A stretch of DNA of 64,000 nucleotides from Raillietiella orientalis (GCA_036172245.1 JAYWIR010000016.1:2418001-2482000); one strand, 5' to 3'; shown: positions 25,601 to 38,850, counted from the first letter of the stretch. Notes: generated from the sequence alone by a model not told the origin. A program made the numbers and translations.

Positions 25601-26929
25601 TTTTGTGGCTTTCCTCTGTCTGAGATAACGCGCCGGTGATCGTCGCGGAGGTTCGTTTTCACATCTCAACCCTTGCTACAGGTCCACTACGCCGTCTTCG
25701 GCCTCATGATCCTTCCTCCGAATAGGGAAAAGCCCCTGTGCATGGCATTCACGGGTAAAAGCGGAAAACCACTGCCCAGCACTGTGGGGGCTATCCTGTG
25801 AACTCAAAGGCAAAGATCTCGTGTTCTCAAGTTCGGTTGACAGCGCCGCGAAGACGAAAGCCTCCCACCATAGATGTGATCAGTCCGCATCCTGACCCTC
25901 GGGTCATGTCGTCATCGTTCTAGTGTGCTCTTTGAATTCAATTCGGAAATGGATCCATCTCATTCCTGCTAATTAGGACATTTTCATCACTGCAGCGATA
26001 GTGCCTCGTTCCCCAAATGCCTGGAGCTTCGGTGCTGAAGAGAATTAAGCTCTGACACCGATTCTCGTGCAGTTGCAAGGCAGGATTCTCGACGGATGAT
26101 TTTGCGCGCAAATTGCATCCTGGAAAGTAAAGGAGATCATTTTCGTATATCGGATCAAAGAATGCTGGCTAGATGATGCTGAAGACATGGGAAGCTTCCT
26201 TTTCAACTTGAAGGGATAGCTGCTACGAGCTCAGACTTGATGGGATGCGGATTTGACAGCGTCGCTTCATGATGGCCTTCTGATGTTGCCACGTCCCCGT
26301 TTTCACATCACTACCACACAACTACGTTTTTCTTTTCTTTTTCTGGCGTGGTTGCGTTGTTGCCATGTTACTTCGTTGCAGTCGTTATGGCTGCTTCGGT
26401 GACACACTGCATCAACTCTCGGTACCATGGGCGGCTTTATCGACTTTTCTGAACAGCTTTTAAGCCTCTTGAACATTGCTCTAATGATTTGTTGCTGAAA
26501 AATAGGCACCAAGGGTGAGCTTCTTGCAATAGTGGATGCATTGGTGACTTCGACTCTCCAGAGCAGGTCAATTCGCAGAAAGGAATCCAAATTCTAGATC
26601 TCTCGTGGCACCACTAGGGATCGTGCAGATGAACGAACCCCGTGGACTCGCGATGAATGTCACGGTGACCACTGAGTTGCATTTTTTCAAGATTGCTTTG
26701 CTGTAGAAATCCCAAATCGACAGGACATCGAATCATCCATCAGACTTACATGAGTTTTCATGAGACCTCAATTTTAGTTGATGTCAGCTTCCACTTTGAT
26801 GAGGGGAACTCTTGTTCTCAGAACCAGAAACGCTGAAAGAAAAGAATTCGTATCCCCAGATACTTCGGACGATACGTCCAGGATGGCTGATGTACTCAGA
26901 GACTGCGATTTGCATTCTCCTCACAATAC

Positions 26930-27420
26930 CTCAGAGCAATACTCAAGAAGCTGATAAGATTAGATCAAAACTGCAGAATCCTCCGGTTGTCGGTTCTCCC
27001 CCGTCAGAGTTTGCTTTTGGGAGATAACTGCGGAATACTTGTGGTCTCTGACCATCAAAGAGCTGGTCGGCACTCTTTGGGAAACTTAAGAATCCAAGAT
27101 CTTCCATGTTTCCAGCAGCAACAGGTTGGGGAGACATCGGCAAGTGTGTCCTCGTTATTTTCCCTTGACGCTTTCTTAGAGAAGCACGGGAGCGGAAAAC
27201 GGACTGATCAAGTACCCGGGATGTGCAGAGCATCGGCAGCCATCCTTGTGGAGGAAGTTCTCTGAGAAGATCGGTTCTTTGGAAGAGGACAGCGGAGGCT
27301 TTCAGAGAAATACCTTCGTTGCCTCGAGAAAACTTTTTATTTTGCAATGCTACAGAGCAACTGGGGAGCCAACGGACTTTAGAATTCTGGCTTTGCAGAA
27401 ATTCTATAGAAGAGCCACCT
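26930..27420 (+). pseudogene. Decayed LRR gene fragment
   Basis: SLGNLRIQDL, EAFREIPSL and RTLEFWLCRNSIEE (LxxLxLxxNxI pattern), split across frames. Confidence 0.35.
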
Positions 27421-29379
27421 TCTAAGCAGGGAAAGCAGCGGACGATGTTCCTCCACCATGAGGAGGCGAGCAGTCGTTTAGTCTGGCAGCCGTTCTTCGA
27501 ATACGACTTGTCGGTTCTTCGGCTTCTCCTGCAGGCATGCACATCTCCAAAGGTGCATGCAAGATGGGATTCCCGCCCGCCGCCTTCCAAAATGCTGGAC
27601 ACAAGTTCTTTCCCTCAAGCGGGCCTACTGGAACTGGGTTCGGGGAAATCATCTGATTGCGTCCTCCGAACTGAAGGAAATAGGGGCAAGTTTTCGGGTC
27701 CTCTTTGTTCCTTTACGAATGCCCGAAACGTGTTTGAATGTGTCCAGCATCAGCCTGACCTTAACGTCTCTCATATGAGTTGTGTGACCTTTACCCCGAG
27801 AGAAACTACGTAATCCTGAATCCATGCCCTCAGACTTGTCCCAAATCCCGTCACCCTGATTTGGCAGTCCTATGAGCCAGTCGGTAGGTAAGAGCTTGAG
27901 AGACACCTTCCTATGGTGTAGGGTCCGGACTCTGAGGAGCCCATTAAAATGAAGGAGATGCACGCGAAGAACCGCGCTCGTGACTTTCTGAAGTCAAGAG
28001 GGAGCAGAACGTGTGCAATAGGGAAGAGTTGGCAAAATCCGGAGGATGAAGGAGAACGTCCGAGTGACCCGAGGCAGTCCGAATTCCGAGCATGCCAAAG
28101 ACTCCCGGAACGCAACCTTCAACACACGGACCACGAAAATGGCATCTCCAAAGGTTAGGTCTCCCGCTGCCTGGGATCAGTTTGGTCCAGCAACCTTGGA
28201 AGAGAATCAAGGTCTCCGAAAGAAGTTCCCGTGCCCATCTAGCCCATTCCCGTACGAAGGAGCCACCGCTTCCGAGATCTGAGAGCATCCCCAATCGGAC
28301 AATGCTTAACGCCGCTCCTCATTTCCTTGTTTCAACCACGAGGCACCACAGCACCTTTACAGCGTCGCGAACCAAGAGTAAACCCAGGCAGAGGGCCCCT
28401 CGGAGTTTCGTACGCCCCGGAGAGCCCGTCCATTCTCTCTGAGCGGAGAGAATGGATGGAAACCACGGAATTTCCCGCGGTTTCCGTCTTCGGATGCCTG
28501 TAGGAATGTTTCTTCCCCTTGGGTGGAAAGCTCTGCCCTCGATTTTTGTGTGGCTATTCCGACCACACAAGAATCCAGATCATGCTCAGGAAGCCTCCTC
28601 GACGTGCCTGCGGAACTCGGCGCCGAATACACACTCGGCGGCTCCGGCGGCAACTCTTATTCGACGCGCACCACCGTGAGAGACGAAATGGAAAGCGACT
28701 CTCAAATTCCCATTCCGCCGTCCGGAGATGTCCCCCCGACACGCGCGCGTCGCACAACGACCCAGCGGGTCGAGTGTCTTTGTCTCGTGAGCTGCAGGTA
28801 GTGCACTCCGAAGGGTGGACGAATCCACCGATTAGTGGACGGTCTCCCTCCGTCTCAGTAAGCATTCTCCTTCCCGCCAACCCTTCCGGCTTCCAGCGAT
28901 TCTGGAAGGTTGCCGGGCGCGTCGTGCGCCAACTGCTCCACGGGACGGGGCGGCAACTTGTTCTCCCAAGCCGGTCGGCTCCCGAGTGGGGAATCCAATT
29001 CTTCGATGCTGGAAGAAGGAAAGAATCAACCGAGCTTTTGTTCTTGCTCTTCTTCCGAAGGCGCTCGATGGATTACGCAGATGCAAAAGTTACATAAGCA
29101 CCGTAGGAGGACTCAAACAGCTATGTAATGCAAGAGTTCGTCTAGCGTTGGATTTCGAAAACTCATTTGGCTTTTCTTATCCATCTCTCCGTTTAGTATC
29201 TTCCAAAGGGATTCGAATCCCGTTATCCAACGTGCTTTTCATGATGCTTCGATTTCTAGAGTTTTAGCGTCCAAGAGTTTCCAGCATTTGCGCAGAGTCT
29301 GGAGCGCTCGGTGCCATACTCTTCCCTTCAGCCGTGCTGCTCAGTCTCTCGCAGGTGTGGTCCCTATAAAACACGCCGA

Positions 29380-29700
29380 TGGTTGTATCAGCCACCATGG
29401 TAACATCCATGAAATTGCTCGATTTCTCATTTCTGAGTAGGGAAAACCCATCAGTGGGGGCATGAAAGCGCCCCTCCTTGACTCAAGAGCTCGCAAAATG
29501 AGCTGCACCTTTGCTGAGAACGGGGGATGCTGGCAGAAATCTTCAGCGAGCAGAGGTGGTGATGTCAGCGTCATTAACCCTTCCTTTAACGCAGTTCTCA
29601 CTTGAGATTGCTAAATTACTCGAAAACAGTGGCAACAGCGATGAACCCTCACCGATTCCGTTAATGACTTTTGCTTGGTTCTTGAAGGGTAAATAATTTT
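29380..29700 (+). pseudogene. Decayed ankyrin-repeat gene fragment
   Basis: HHGNIHEIARFLISE* (29393-29440), RGGDVSVINP and SLEIAKLLENSG resemble the ankyrin GxxEIVxxLLxxGADVN consensus. Confidence 0.45.
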
Positions 29701-30569
29701 GGTTTGTTTTCGACATTATAAAGACATGGGCTTTGACAAACATTGCAATCCGAATACTTCTTCATCGGATTACCATGAGTGTTACCATATTCGAGCTCAC
29801 TGAAATGATCACAAGGGCAACCATGGTTACAGCTACTCATGTGAATGGCTGTTCACTTATGACCACCAGCCCGCTCTCCATATGCGATCCGTTGCGATCT
29901 CGATGCGCGTTCACTTGCTATCAATACTGCTACCATGATATCACTACCGCAGTTAATCGTCACGTGGTTGCTTTCCATCAGGATTAGGATCATCATTCAT
30001 CATCAGGTTACCATCAAAAGGCTAACGGAAGCGTGTTCGAGAGCCCCCATCCTTTCACTTGTTAGATTTCTCCAACTCTCCTCTTGCGCCTCAGCATCTG
30101 GACGCAGCCCGTAACGGAACCATATTTTTCAGGGGAGGGAGCTAATCCTATTGTGCTGCTTGGCTCGATTTTTATTTAACCTGGAAGTGGCACGGGTGGA
30201 AATTTATCTAGCAAATTAATTAGACGCAGATCACCGGTCTTGAATCTTTCGGTTTCCATTTTTCGCACGCCGTCGGCTCTTTTATTGTCTGATAAGAACG
30301 AACAAGTTCGGAGTGCGTGAATGAATAGCAGTCACAGATTTAAGAAGGTGCTTCTCTGAAAATCATCATCTGAAATAGAAGCGCAGCAGCCATTCGACTT
30401 ATCTCCAGATAAAGGCACTTCGGCATTTCCAGGGAATTTTCTCCAGCAAGACTTTCTCCAGGTTCTCTCTGTAATGAGCATCTCTGTGTCAAAAAACTGG
30501 TCCATCGGATCTCGTCACTATGATTGCAATGTAAACAAGAGATGATCAAAAGGTTTTCTGGGGACGAAT

Positions 30570-30806
30570 TTATGGGGCAAATGGCCAGCGATTCGAATAG
30601 ACTTCTTCCTTAGTCCTTGCAGCATGCACTATCACCATGACAACGCAATAGATCAATGCAACTGGAAGGAAAATATATACCGATATCTTTATGAAACTCG
30701 TCAGAAATATGGCAAGAGTCTCTTGACATGAAAGAGCCCCTTCTCGAGCCAAGTCATCAGCAGCTGCGGAATAGACCTTGGAGCTCCAAAGCAATAGGAA
30801 CAGCAC
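30570..30806 (-). pseudogene. Possible class-A GPCR (opsin-like ECL2-TM5) fragment
   Basis: EGALSC followed by hydrophobic IFLTSFIKISVYIFLPVALIYCVVMVIV; no other TM helices recognised. Confidence 0.2.
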
Positions 30807-32186
30807 GACTCAGATCGCAGAAACACTTCCAAAAAACTGCGCTCCCTTGAGCATCGAAAGGTCCAGAAAACACTGGGAGACGAACTCTCGAGAAAAAAAG
30901 CGCAGCGTCGTTCGCAGAAATAAGTCAAACATCTCAGGGGAGCAACAGTGGTGACTACTTGATCCCGGTCAACATTGCCGCCCCTCTCCTGGCTCCAGAA
31001 GGAATCCCATATGGACCACCTGCTCATTCACGATATTCCAGAAAACCACTCCTCCGGTGGTATCTAAAAAAAAAAAAAAAATCCAAATCCATTTCGAAGA
31101 GGGAAAGCACAGCAGCGAGATGGTTCGTACAGCATCTCTGAAAAATTGGGAGTCTCGTTGTACCCCAGAACTTTCATCCTCCTACGCTCACTTAACGAAG
31201 AAAAGGAAAGAAACAGGAAAGGACCTTTACGGCCCGAACATCACTGTGCCTTCATCCCCTGTATTCTGGACCTCTCGCTCTCACACTCTTTCTCCCATGG
31301 CAACCGTTGGAAGCTTCGCCTGGTCTCTAATCTTCTACATCCTTGCACGCGCATGTAGCTTTACCGCGCTTCTCGTTCAGCGTCTTCCGAATCAACCTCA
31401 CGTCAATGTTCGCTGTCGACTCTGGACAGATGAAGATGTGCTCCGTGCCGAGGGCTTTCCCTGGACAGCCGCGGACTCTCACTTTCTAAGTGAGGGTTTC
31501 CCGTGGAAACGTTGGGGAGGGATCGACAAACTTGGGAAGAGATGAGGAGCCTTCAGCGCGGAAGTTCATTAATTTTTGATTGAAGACACCCGAAAGGGAA
31601 TCGTGTAAGAAAGAGATGTCATTTTCCCCACCACCACCACGTATCCATGAATTTATAAGATGGACCATGATCATCCCGAAGCGGAAAACACTCTTACGTT
31701 AATTTCCTCCCACTATTCGACTTGATTTGCCACCTCGGATCTCAACCGGCACACCCGAGAGTCCGTTCGAGACAGCTTCCTTGCCCGCAAGTTGCTTGGA
31801 AAGGATTCCGCCCCCAAGATTACTAGAAAGGGATGGACGGATCTGTTAAGGATTGGGAAAGGGAAGGAAAATCTGGAGCTGAAAGCGGCGAGGAGCATTC
31901 CGCATCGACGCGCGCAAGCAAATCTCGGAAAAACTGCACCATCCTGGATGAATAAATAAGGACTCCAAGAACACGTTAGGCAAGAGGCGCATCTTCTGGA
32001 GATGATCCTCGCGGCTCTTCTTAGGAACGGGTGAAGCAGCTTCCATCATTGGGGAAAAATGAGCTGAGGTGCTGGAGGAAGAAGCGAGTTTCAGAATGGA
32101 CCCCAAGCAGAGCCTGGAATTTGTGTGGCTCCGAGCATCCGATCTCATGTATTCGGAAGAGGTCGCGTTCTTAAAAGCATCCACGT

Positions 32187-32330
32187 GGCTCGCGTTGGCG
32201 GTCGCGTGGCTGCGGTCTTCGTGCGTGGCACCGGTAGTCACGGGTTCGAATCCCGCTTGAGGAAGGTTCGCTGCTGAGAATAAAGGGTGCGTCGTGGGTT
32301 TCGAGTCCCCTCCAGTTCTGGTTGGCTTTG
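32187..32330 (+). mobile_element. Best-preserved head of the tRNA-derived SINE-like element (A-box-like plus two B-box-like motifs)
   Basis: TGGCGGTCGCGTGG (A-box-like), GGTTCGAATCCC at 32243-32254, second GGGTTTCGAGTCCC at about 32296-32309; homologous heads at 8.2, 38.8, 47.6, 54.8, 59.8 and 62.1 kb. Confidence 0.75.
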
Positions 32331-32439
32331 ATTGGTTTCGGATGGTTTCGGTTCTTCTCCCCCTAATGAGTTGGTACTCAACTAACAACCGCGTTCAACT
32401 CAGGATTGAAGGAAGAGTCTTTCTCTTCCAGAAAATCCT

Positions 32440-32830
32440 AGTTGTCTTCCCAAAGGTTTTCTACCAAGCTTGGTAATCTGGAAATCACGTGTTCTCTCAA
32501 GTCCATCTTCAGCGTGAAGTGTTCGGGCCTTGCACTACTCAAGGGTAGAAGAATCGTCACTTTAGACGCTGCTTGTGCTGCCAAAGGTGCCTCTACCTTT
32601 TCCGAGATGCTCGAGGAAAGATCTCTACCGCCTTCTTGTTGGAGAAGAATGCGCAGGTAACCGTCCGAAATCCAACAGTTGGTTTTCTCGGCTCCCCAGG
32701 TTCCTTAAAAAGGAAGAGGTCATGCGAGCAAGCTTTACCTCGAGGGAATGATGACTCCTCGTGGTTGCTCCTAACAGCCAGGATGGCATCGCTACACACT
32801 GAACCCACAGGTGGGAACATCTGACCAACG
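32440..32830 (+). pseudogene. Possible decayed ankyrin-repeat fragment
   Basis: GNLEITCSL, TLDAACAAKG, FLLEKNAQVTVRN and ASLHTEPTGGN in mixed frames. Confidence 0.3.
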
Positions 32831-35689
32831 CGAGGATCTCTCAGAACATCGACACCCAAGGAGAAGAACCGGCACCTACCGAAGAGGATGCAGACGAAGT
32901 TCTTGGAAACGGCTCCTTACTTCATGCGGATGCAACTCAAGAAGACGGACAAAAGATTAATGAAGCATGGCGGTGAAGATGGTGAAGATCGTTGGGATCC
33001 TGCTGTCCTTATCCTGTGCGAACCCTCCGCTCGCTCAACAGACCGAGCCCCAGAGAAAACCGCACCTCGAAGCTCCTCAGATGCAGATTTCCATTCGATT
33101 CGGTTCCAATGAGTGACGAGATCCACTGTGCATTCGGATGCAAGGAAACAAGCTAACCTTCCTGAAGAGGGAGGACGGAGTCGTGGAAACGTCTTGTGCG
33201 CGCGCGCACTCAGGCAAAGAGACCGAGCTGGGACGAGGAAATGAAGACGCTTTTCGTTTCCGTCCAAGAGAACCAGGATCGCACTGGAAGATGAAATTCA
33301 GTTCACCAAGCACTTCGAAGTGTCGAGGAATTCAAAAGGAATCCCCAAGAGCCTGCAGCCACCGAAGCATGGAGCAGGGACAAGAACGGGGACGCGTGCG
33401 GAAGCCGAAAGAGGAAATTCCACGAAACGCCCCGTGTAAAACAGGTAAAGGAAAGCAGTCCGTGGGGCAGCAGACGTCGAAGCGTTGATCAGCGTCAGGC
33501 TCCGCGACAAGATGCCACCGTTGCAGCCGCAAACGCAACACCGCTCTCCCCGAACAGAGGGACGAATTGCGGAAATGCTGGAATTAACGGAGGCGCCAAG
33601 GAACGCTCGCGAGGCTTCCCTTTCAAAGCTGAGAGGGCAAGCTGAAGAAGACCTTCGTTCCACAGGTGCACCACTCCGGGAACGAAGGTTGTTTCCCTTG
33701 ACTGAGTTCAGCTTCCGCACCGTGGTAACCTTCTGGAACGGTAGGAGTACAGGCCGATGTTTTCTTCAAGCGGTCTTCAAAGGATGCTTCTGGAACGCAG
33801 AATGTTGTCTCTCTAAGGTGAAACCCCAATAAGCTTCAGGAAAGCCAGCAGAAACATCCCTGCGATCGAAAACTCCCTCTGCAATCTGAAGCATCTTGAA
33901 ACTCAAGGAGAAGAGAGAGCAGCAGGGGAATCTTCACGCTGTTTCGGGCGAGGAAGTGAATTCCGGAATTCAGGTCTGAAAATTTCTACAGGAGATGAAC
34001 GTTTTGTCTTGTTTGGGGGAGACTGGAAAAGCACATCCGAGCAGATGTTGAGGAACAGTCTGAGTGTACCAGAGAGTGTCAGGAATGCTGCAGCATCCTC
34101 GGGAAAAGTGTCTACTCTTTGGTGCCTTTGGATAGGGAACAAGAAGCTCAAACTTAGTCAAAGGTCATCTCTAAAACGAAACAAACACTTTGGAAACGGA
34201 AAGCTTCGTAGCAGATTTTGAAGTCAGGAAATGGGGACCTCCCTTGAAGGAAGGACTGACTGTCCAAGGGAGAAATGGGCATGCAGAAGGAAGAGCAAGT
34301 CACGAACGGAGAGGTTCAGCAGGTCACCGGCCCCGCCGTCACAGGGAATTTAGATCTCTGGAAACTTTCATGTTCAAATAAAAGCCGCAAGTTTATCCAG
34401 TTCATCGATTGATTTCAAACACCCACTAGTTCCACGAGGACAGTTTCTGGAATGTCCACTTCTTTTGAGAAACTCTCAGGTCCCCAAAAAGAATTTCGGG
34501 AGATCTCGAGGAACGATCCACTTGCCTTATCTGTCGTCGCGAAGGAAAGAGAACAGCAGGAGTCTGGGTCTTCTACCTGCCCTTTCTGAGGATGGTGTCG
34601 CCTGTCGGGTCGACTGCTCTTATCCTCTCCCTATTTCTTCGACCATCTTCCGCTCCCAGAACGGTTCATCCCTGCTCCTCACCAGTCTTGCGCTAGTCAC
34701 AGTCTCGTCATCGGAAACAACAAGCGCATCTCAATCCTTTCCTTCTCTTCCTCTCCTTTGAGTTTTTCCCAGCTGATTAAAACTACAACGTGCTGACCGT
34801 CATCGATCTTTGGTGATCTTTAATCTTCCTTCTCTGTTTGCTGCTGTCTCTTTCCTCTTTCCCTCCTGCTGTTTTGCCTGACTCCAGGTGCTTCCTTTTT
34901 CCTGATTCGTTTGTTAGTCAAGGGCATCTCACTTCCTATTTTTCAAAAAAAAACGCCCTCATGTGCCCATTGTTCTGCCCTCCGGCGGGATGCCAATCAG
35001 ATCCTCCTCATTCCTGTTGTTTCCTGCATCCTGTGAACTGTCTGCTGATCAAGAGCAGATGCATTCAGGTGATGATGCAGTGCACCTTCAGGATGAGATT
35101 CGGCCGATGTTTTCGCTTTTTCTTCGACAGCATCCACAGCTTTTTTTTCACTCAGCCTTTCGGAATAGCGCAGCGCACGGCGGCTGTCCATCTCGTGCAT
35201 CTTACGAGGCAGTGCGTGCTGTCGTCTAGACGACCAGATGATCTGGAGAGACCTCTAATGGAAGATGGAAGAAGCAGAATCTTTCCAGACCGATAAGGCC
35301 GCACGGATTCTTTTATCGGACTTCACTGGTAGATCGATGTTTCCTTCCGTAGATCAGCAGTTTCCGCGCTCTTCGGGAGCAGATGCGCAGGAAGGGTGGT
35401 TCTCGGTTAGCACCGTGGACTCGGTGGGATGTGTCGTCCTTCCTGAGCTCAACCCCACCACCAAATGGTTGTGAAAACAGCTCGTTCACGCGTGCCCGCA
35501 CTCGGACCGGCACATCACCAAAATAGCCGCTAGGGACAGCAGACCGTGATGGTAACAGTAGTGGATCCAAACTCGCCCTGTGGTTGCGCCTCTATGCTGC
35601 ATGGAGCCTTGTGCAACGCGACTCAGACCACGTGGTTGACGTTAGTCTGCTGCAGGAGAAGGACCCCAGATGAAGAGTTTTTCTTTGGA

Positions 35690-36320
35690 GATCTCGCCTG
35701 GAGCTTCAGGATCTGCTCATTCTTAAAAGTGCCCTTGGCGACCAACGGAATCTCCAAAAGGTGGCTGACAAGTCTCTCCCGCACCTCCTTATGGATTGTG
35801 TTGCCCTCCGCTCCGTTTGGGAATGCTTTACCGCGTCCCTGCGGAACGCCGAGGGCAACCCCAGAGACATTCTGAAGGCCTCTTCCTGAGCGACGCTCTT
35901 GAGCCTGCGGCATTCCTAGCTGCATCCTGCTGCCAACGCAGGATCGTGGCTGCATGGAGCGATGCAAGAGGAGACCAGGACGATAGCGAAGCCATCTATT
36001 TTGCGGTCTTCTTCTTGAGAATAGCGTTAAGATGGCCCCATCTGGGAACGATGAAACAGGAACTTGCCGGCATCCTGGCAAGGATGCAGAGGATGCCCTC
36101 CAGCATCCGGTGACCTCTTCCTGAACCTTCTCGATTTTTTACCGTAAATATTTTTTCGTTTTGTTTTTCTTTTTGTTTGTCCCGCCTCCCCTTCTGCTGA
36201 TGAGGCGAACCTCTCCGGCCTACGCGCCGGATCTCGGCAGGTTCCTTCTTGTACATCTATGCACAAGAAAGGAATACCAGATCAAGCGTCCTTTTACTTA
36301 TATATTTATTTTATAAACAA
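35690..36320 (+). mobile_element. L1/Tx1-like 3' fragment of the same subfamily as 6270-7790
   Basis: KSLPHLLMDCVALRSVW..SLRNAEGNPRDIL and DALEPAAFLAASCCQRRIVAAW..FLRIALRWPHLGT match the 6461-6830 peptides; T-rich UTR and hairpin at 36242-36274. Confidence 0.75.
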
Positions 36321-38052
36321 ATGCCCCGGCGCAGTTGGGTGTTAATCCGAAAGGTGGCGAATGGGGTGCCAACAAAACTGGAGGAAGTCACCACGAAGGG
36401 TGGAGGCAACTGGAAGGAATTCTCCAGATCCCCACTGGGATGGTGCAGTTTTTTTCGTTCCCGAGATCCAGGATCCGTGGAACGCTCTCCGAGCCTGCAG
36501 GGGTGAGCGCGAGGATCCGTGAAGCGACCCTCTTGGAGTTCCCGAAGACTCTTTCTCCTTACTCTCTGGGAAGAGATGGCTCTGCAGCCGCCGGGGCGAG
36601 GACCATCGTCGAGCAGACTTTCTGCGCGGGGCCCTCGATCGGGCGCCGTCGATCGACGGGTCCCCCGAGGTGGACGGCTTCCGTCTCCTGTCCCTCTTCT
36701 CCCAAATGTGTTTCTGTTTCCTCACCGTTCTGTCGTGATTGCTTTATTCTTCTTCATCATTCTGTTACTCCGCTTATTACTCTTCTATCATTCTAATTCG
36801 CATTGCTCTAGCCTCTCCTTATCACAGCATCCCTCTTCCCAGAATTCGCCGAAATCTCGGCTAATTCTTCCTGCCTGTCGTTCCTGGCGGCCAATCACCT
36901 CTTGTGTGTTTTTTTTTTAGCATCTGAGAGGTTTCAACCGCAAAACTTCAGATGTTGCAGCGTGGCAGCAACTCGCCGTATGGACCGAACCTCCTTCCCT
37001 CCTAACTCTACAGCCCGAGCACCAAACTAAGGGAGGCTGGATGCTCGGACCTTTCTGGATGCCTGATCTCCCTCCTCAGGATACGTATTCAGGAAGACAC
37101 CACCACAGCTACCGGGTTTAGCAGTAGGGAAGACGTCTGCCCCTTTCCGCAGCTGGCGTGGAGACCGAGACCAGGAGGAGGAGATTTTCTCCGATCCGAC
37201 GGAGAAGGCTCCGATCCCACATAGATCCCGGCCTCCGGTCTATAGGGAGAAGGGAGAGCGGTAAAAGAGAGGGATGGGGTGGGGAGGAGAGGAGCTCGCG
37301 AGGAGCTGGTAAGTCCAGGGAGGAAGAGTTTTTCCCCTCCTCCCCGCCTCTGGAATGACACCCGCTGGCCCGTTGCCGTGTGAAAGGAAGGCGGAGGAGA
37401 AGGCAAACAAACAAACGGTCGCGCGAGGGGTCGATCTCCAGGCTGGTCGATCCTTCCGCTCGCCCTCCGCGTGCCAGCACTCGTTTGAGACCACTTCGTC
37501 GCCAACAGCAGCACGCCTGCCAGCATGCGTGCCTGCCGAAACCGCCGCGCAAGTCGATGGAGCCCTTCTGCGTCCCGGAACAGCAGTAATGGCGGGAAGG
37601 GTGCATGGGAAGCCACCGGCTAAGTGGATTGGCGCACCTGGCGTCTGTTGCGTACTACCCGAGGCTGCGGGGATAGCCTTCCCCTCTGACTTCGGATGCG
37701 CTGCTGGGAAGGGACGTCTGGACGCTCCCCCTGGCTCCATCGAAGGTCCCCGGCAGCATGCATCAAGGACCTTCGAGAACGTCAGGATTTCTGGGAAGGG
37801 AAGAGGAGAGAGGAGGCTTTCTTTTTTTTTCTTTTTTTAAAAGACCAGTAGCGACCCCACGAGGAGATCGTTACTATTGGCCTAGGACGATGGAAATCCT
37901 TGGGTTCTTTTCCTTCTGTCTTCGCTGTTTTCCTTCCACCTTTTTTTTTTTTTTAAGAGTTTTCTTTTTTTTGGTTCGCTAAGTACCTCGGAGCGGTCGC
38001 TTGCCTCGCGGTGCACGTGGCTCTTTTTAAACATTAACACACTGTTTTGTTA

Positions 38053-38850
38053 ACACACCCCGTGGCAACCCGCAGGGGGTGTGTGTAATTCTTCAGTGTA
38101 ATTCTTCAGGACAGGGGGCACCCCGGGATGAGGGTCCGCCCTATGAATCCAGGAAGGGCTCGGAGTCCGTTCCTCTCACGCTTGGGGAGGGATCCCAGAC
38201 GGGGGGGATCGCCCCTCCTACCCTGGTTGTCTCCGAAGGGGAACCCCGAAGGGAATCTTCTTCCTCATTCTCTCCGGAGGGACACTCCCTGGGAGGGGGG
38301 TGGTCCTCTCCATTTCAGCTTCTCCGAAGGGAACCCGGAAAGGATCCGCTTGTAGGAATTTCTTCTCCGGAGGGAAAGAAAGGGAACCGCTCCTGTTCAC
38401 TCCTCTGAAGAGAACCCCGAAGGGACGCTTCCGAAACTCAGAAGGGGCGCTGCAGCTTCCCTCAGGGAATCGCTCTCGCTTGCTTCCTTGTGCACACTCT
38501 GTGAAGAGGCGACGACTCGGAGGGTCCCCCCCGCAACGGGGAGAGTCCGCTCCTTTGAACAACTGGAGAGGTGCCCGTGAGGGTTCCTGCTCCATCTTGA
38601 AACCGGAGGCGGTCACCCGGTGACGGGGGTCCACTCTCCGTTGCACGACAGGAGGGGGAACTCCCCATTCCTTGATTCCTGGGAGGACCCGAAGGTCGAC
38701 TCCCATTGTTCCGGCCTTCATCGGGAGGCCACCGGCTTTATTCACCCCCGGGGCCACGCCCGAATGTCTCGGCCAACCAGTGCCGTTGCAGGAGAAACTC
38801 GGAACCCAAACGACGCAGTGGCGTCAGTTATCTGCCGAAGTATTCGAACC
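38053..38850 (-). mobile_element. Near-full-length tRNA-headed SINE-like element
   Basis: Head (TTCGAACCC at about 38843, i.e. a B-box on the minus strand; head similarity continues somewhat beyond 38850), six CTC(C/T/A)G(A/G)AG(G/A)G repeats at 38231-38447, 3' hairpin ACACACCCC..GGGGTGTGT at 38053-38084. Confidence 0.75.

Noticed and set aside
32187..32260. Functional tRNA gene
   Set aside because: No complete cloverleaf or clear anticodon; it is the head of a dispersed repeat
38231..38447. CRISPR-like repeat/spacer array
   Set aside because: Repeats are degenerate, the period is irregular, spacers are homologous between dispersed copies, there are no cas genes and the context is eukaryotic
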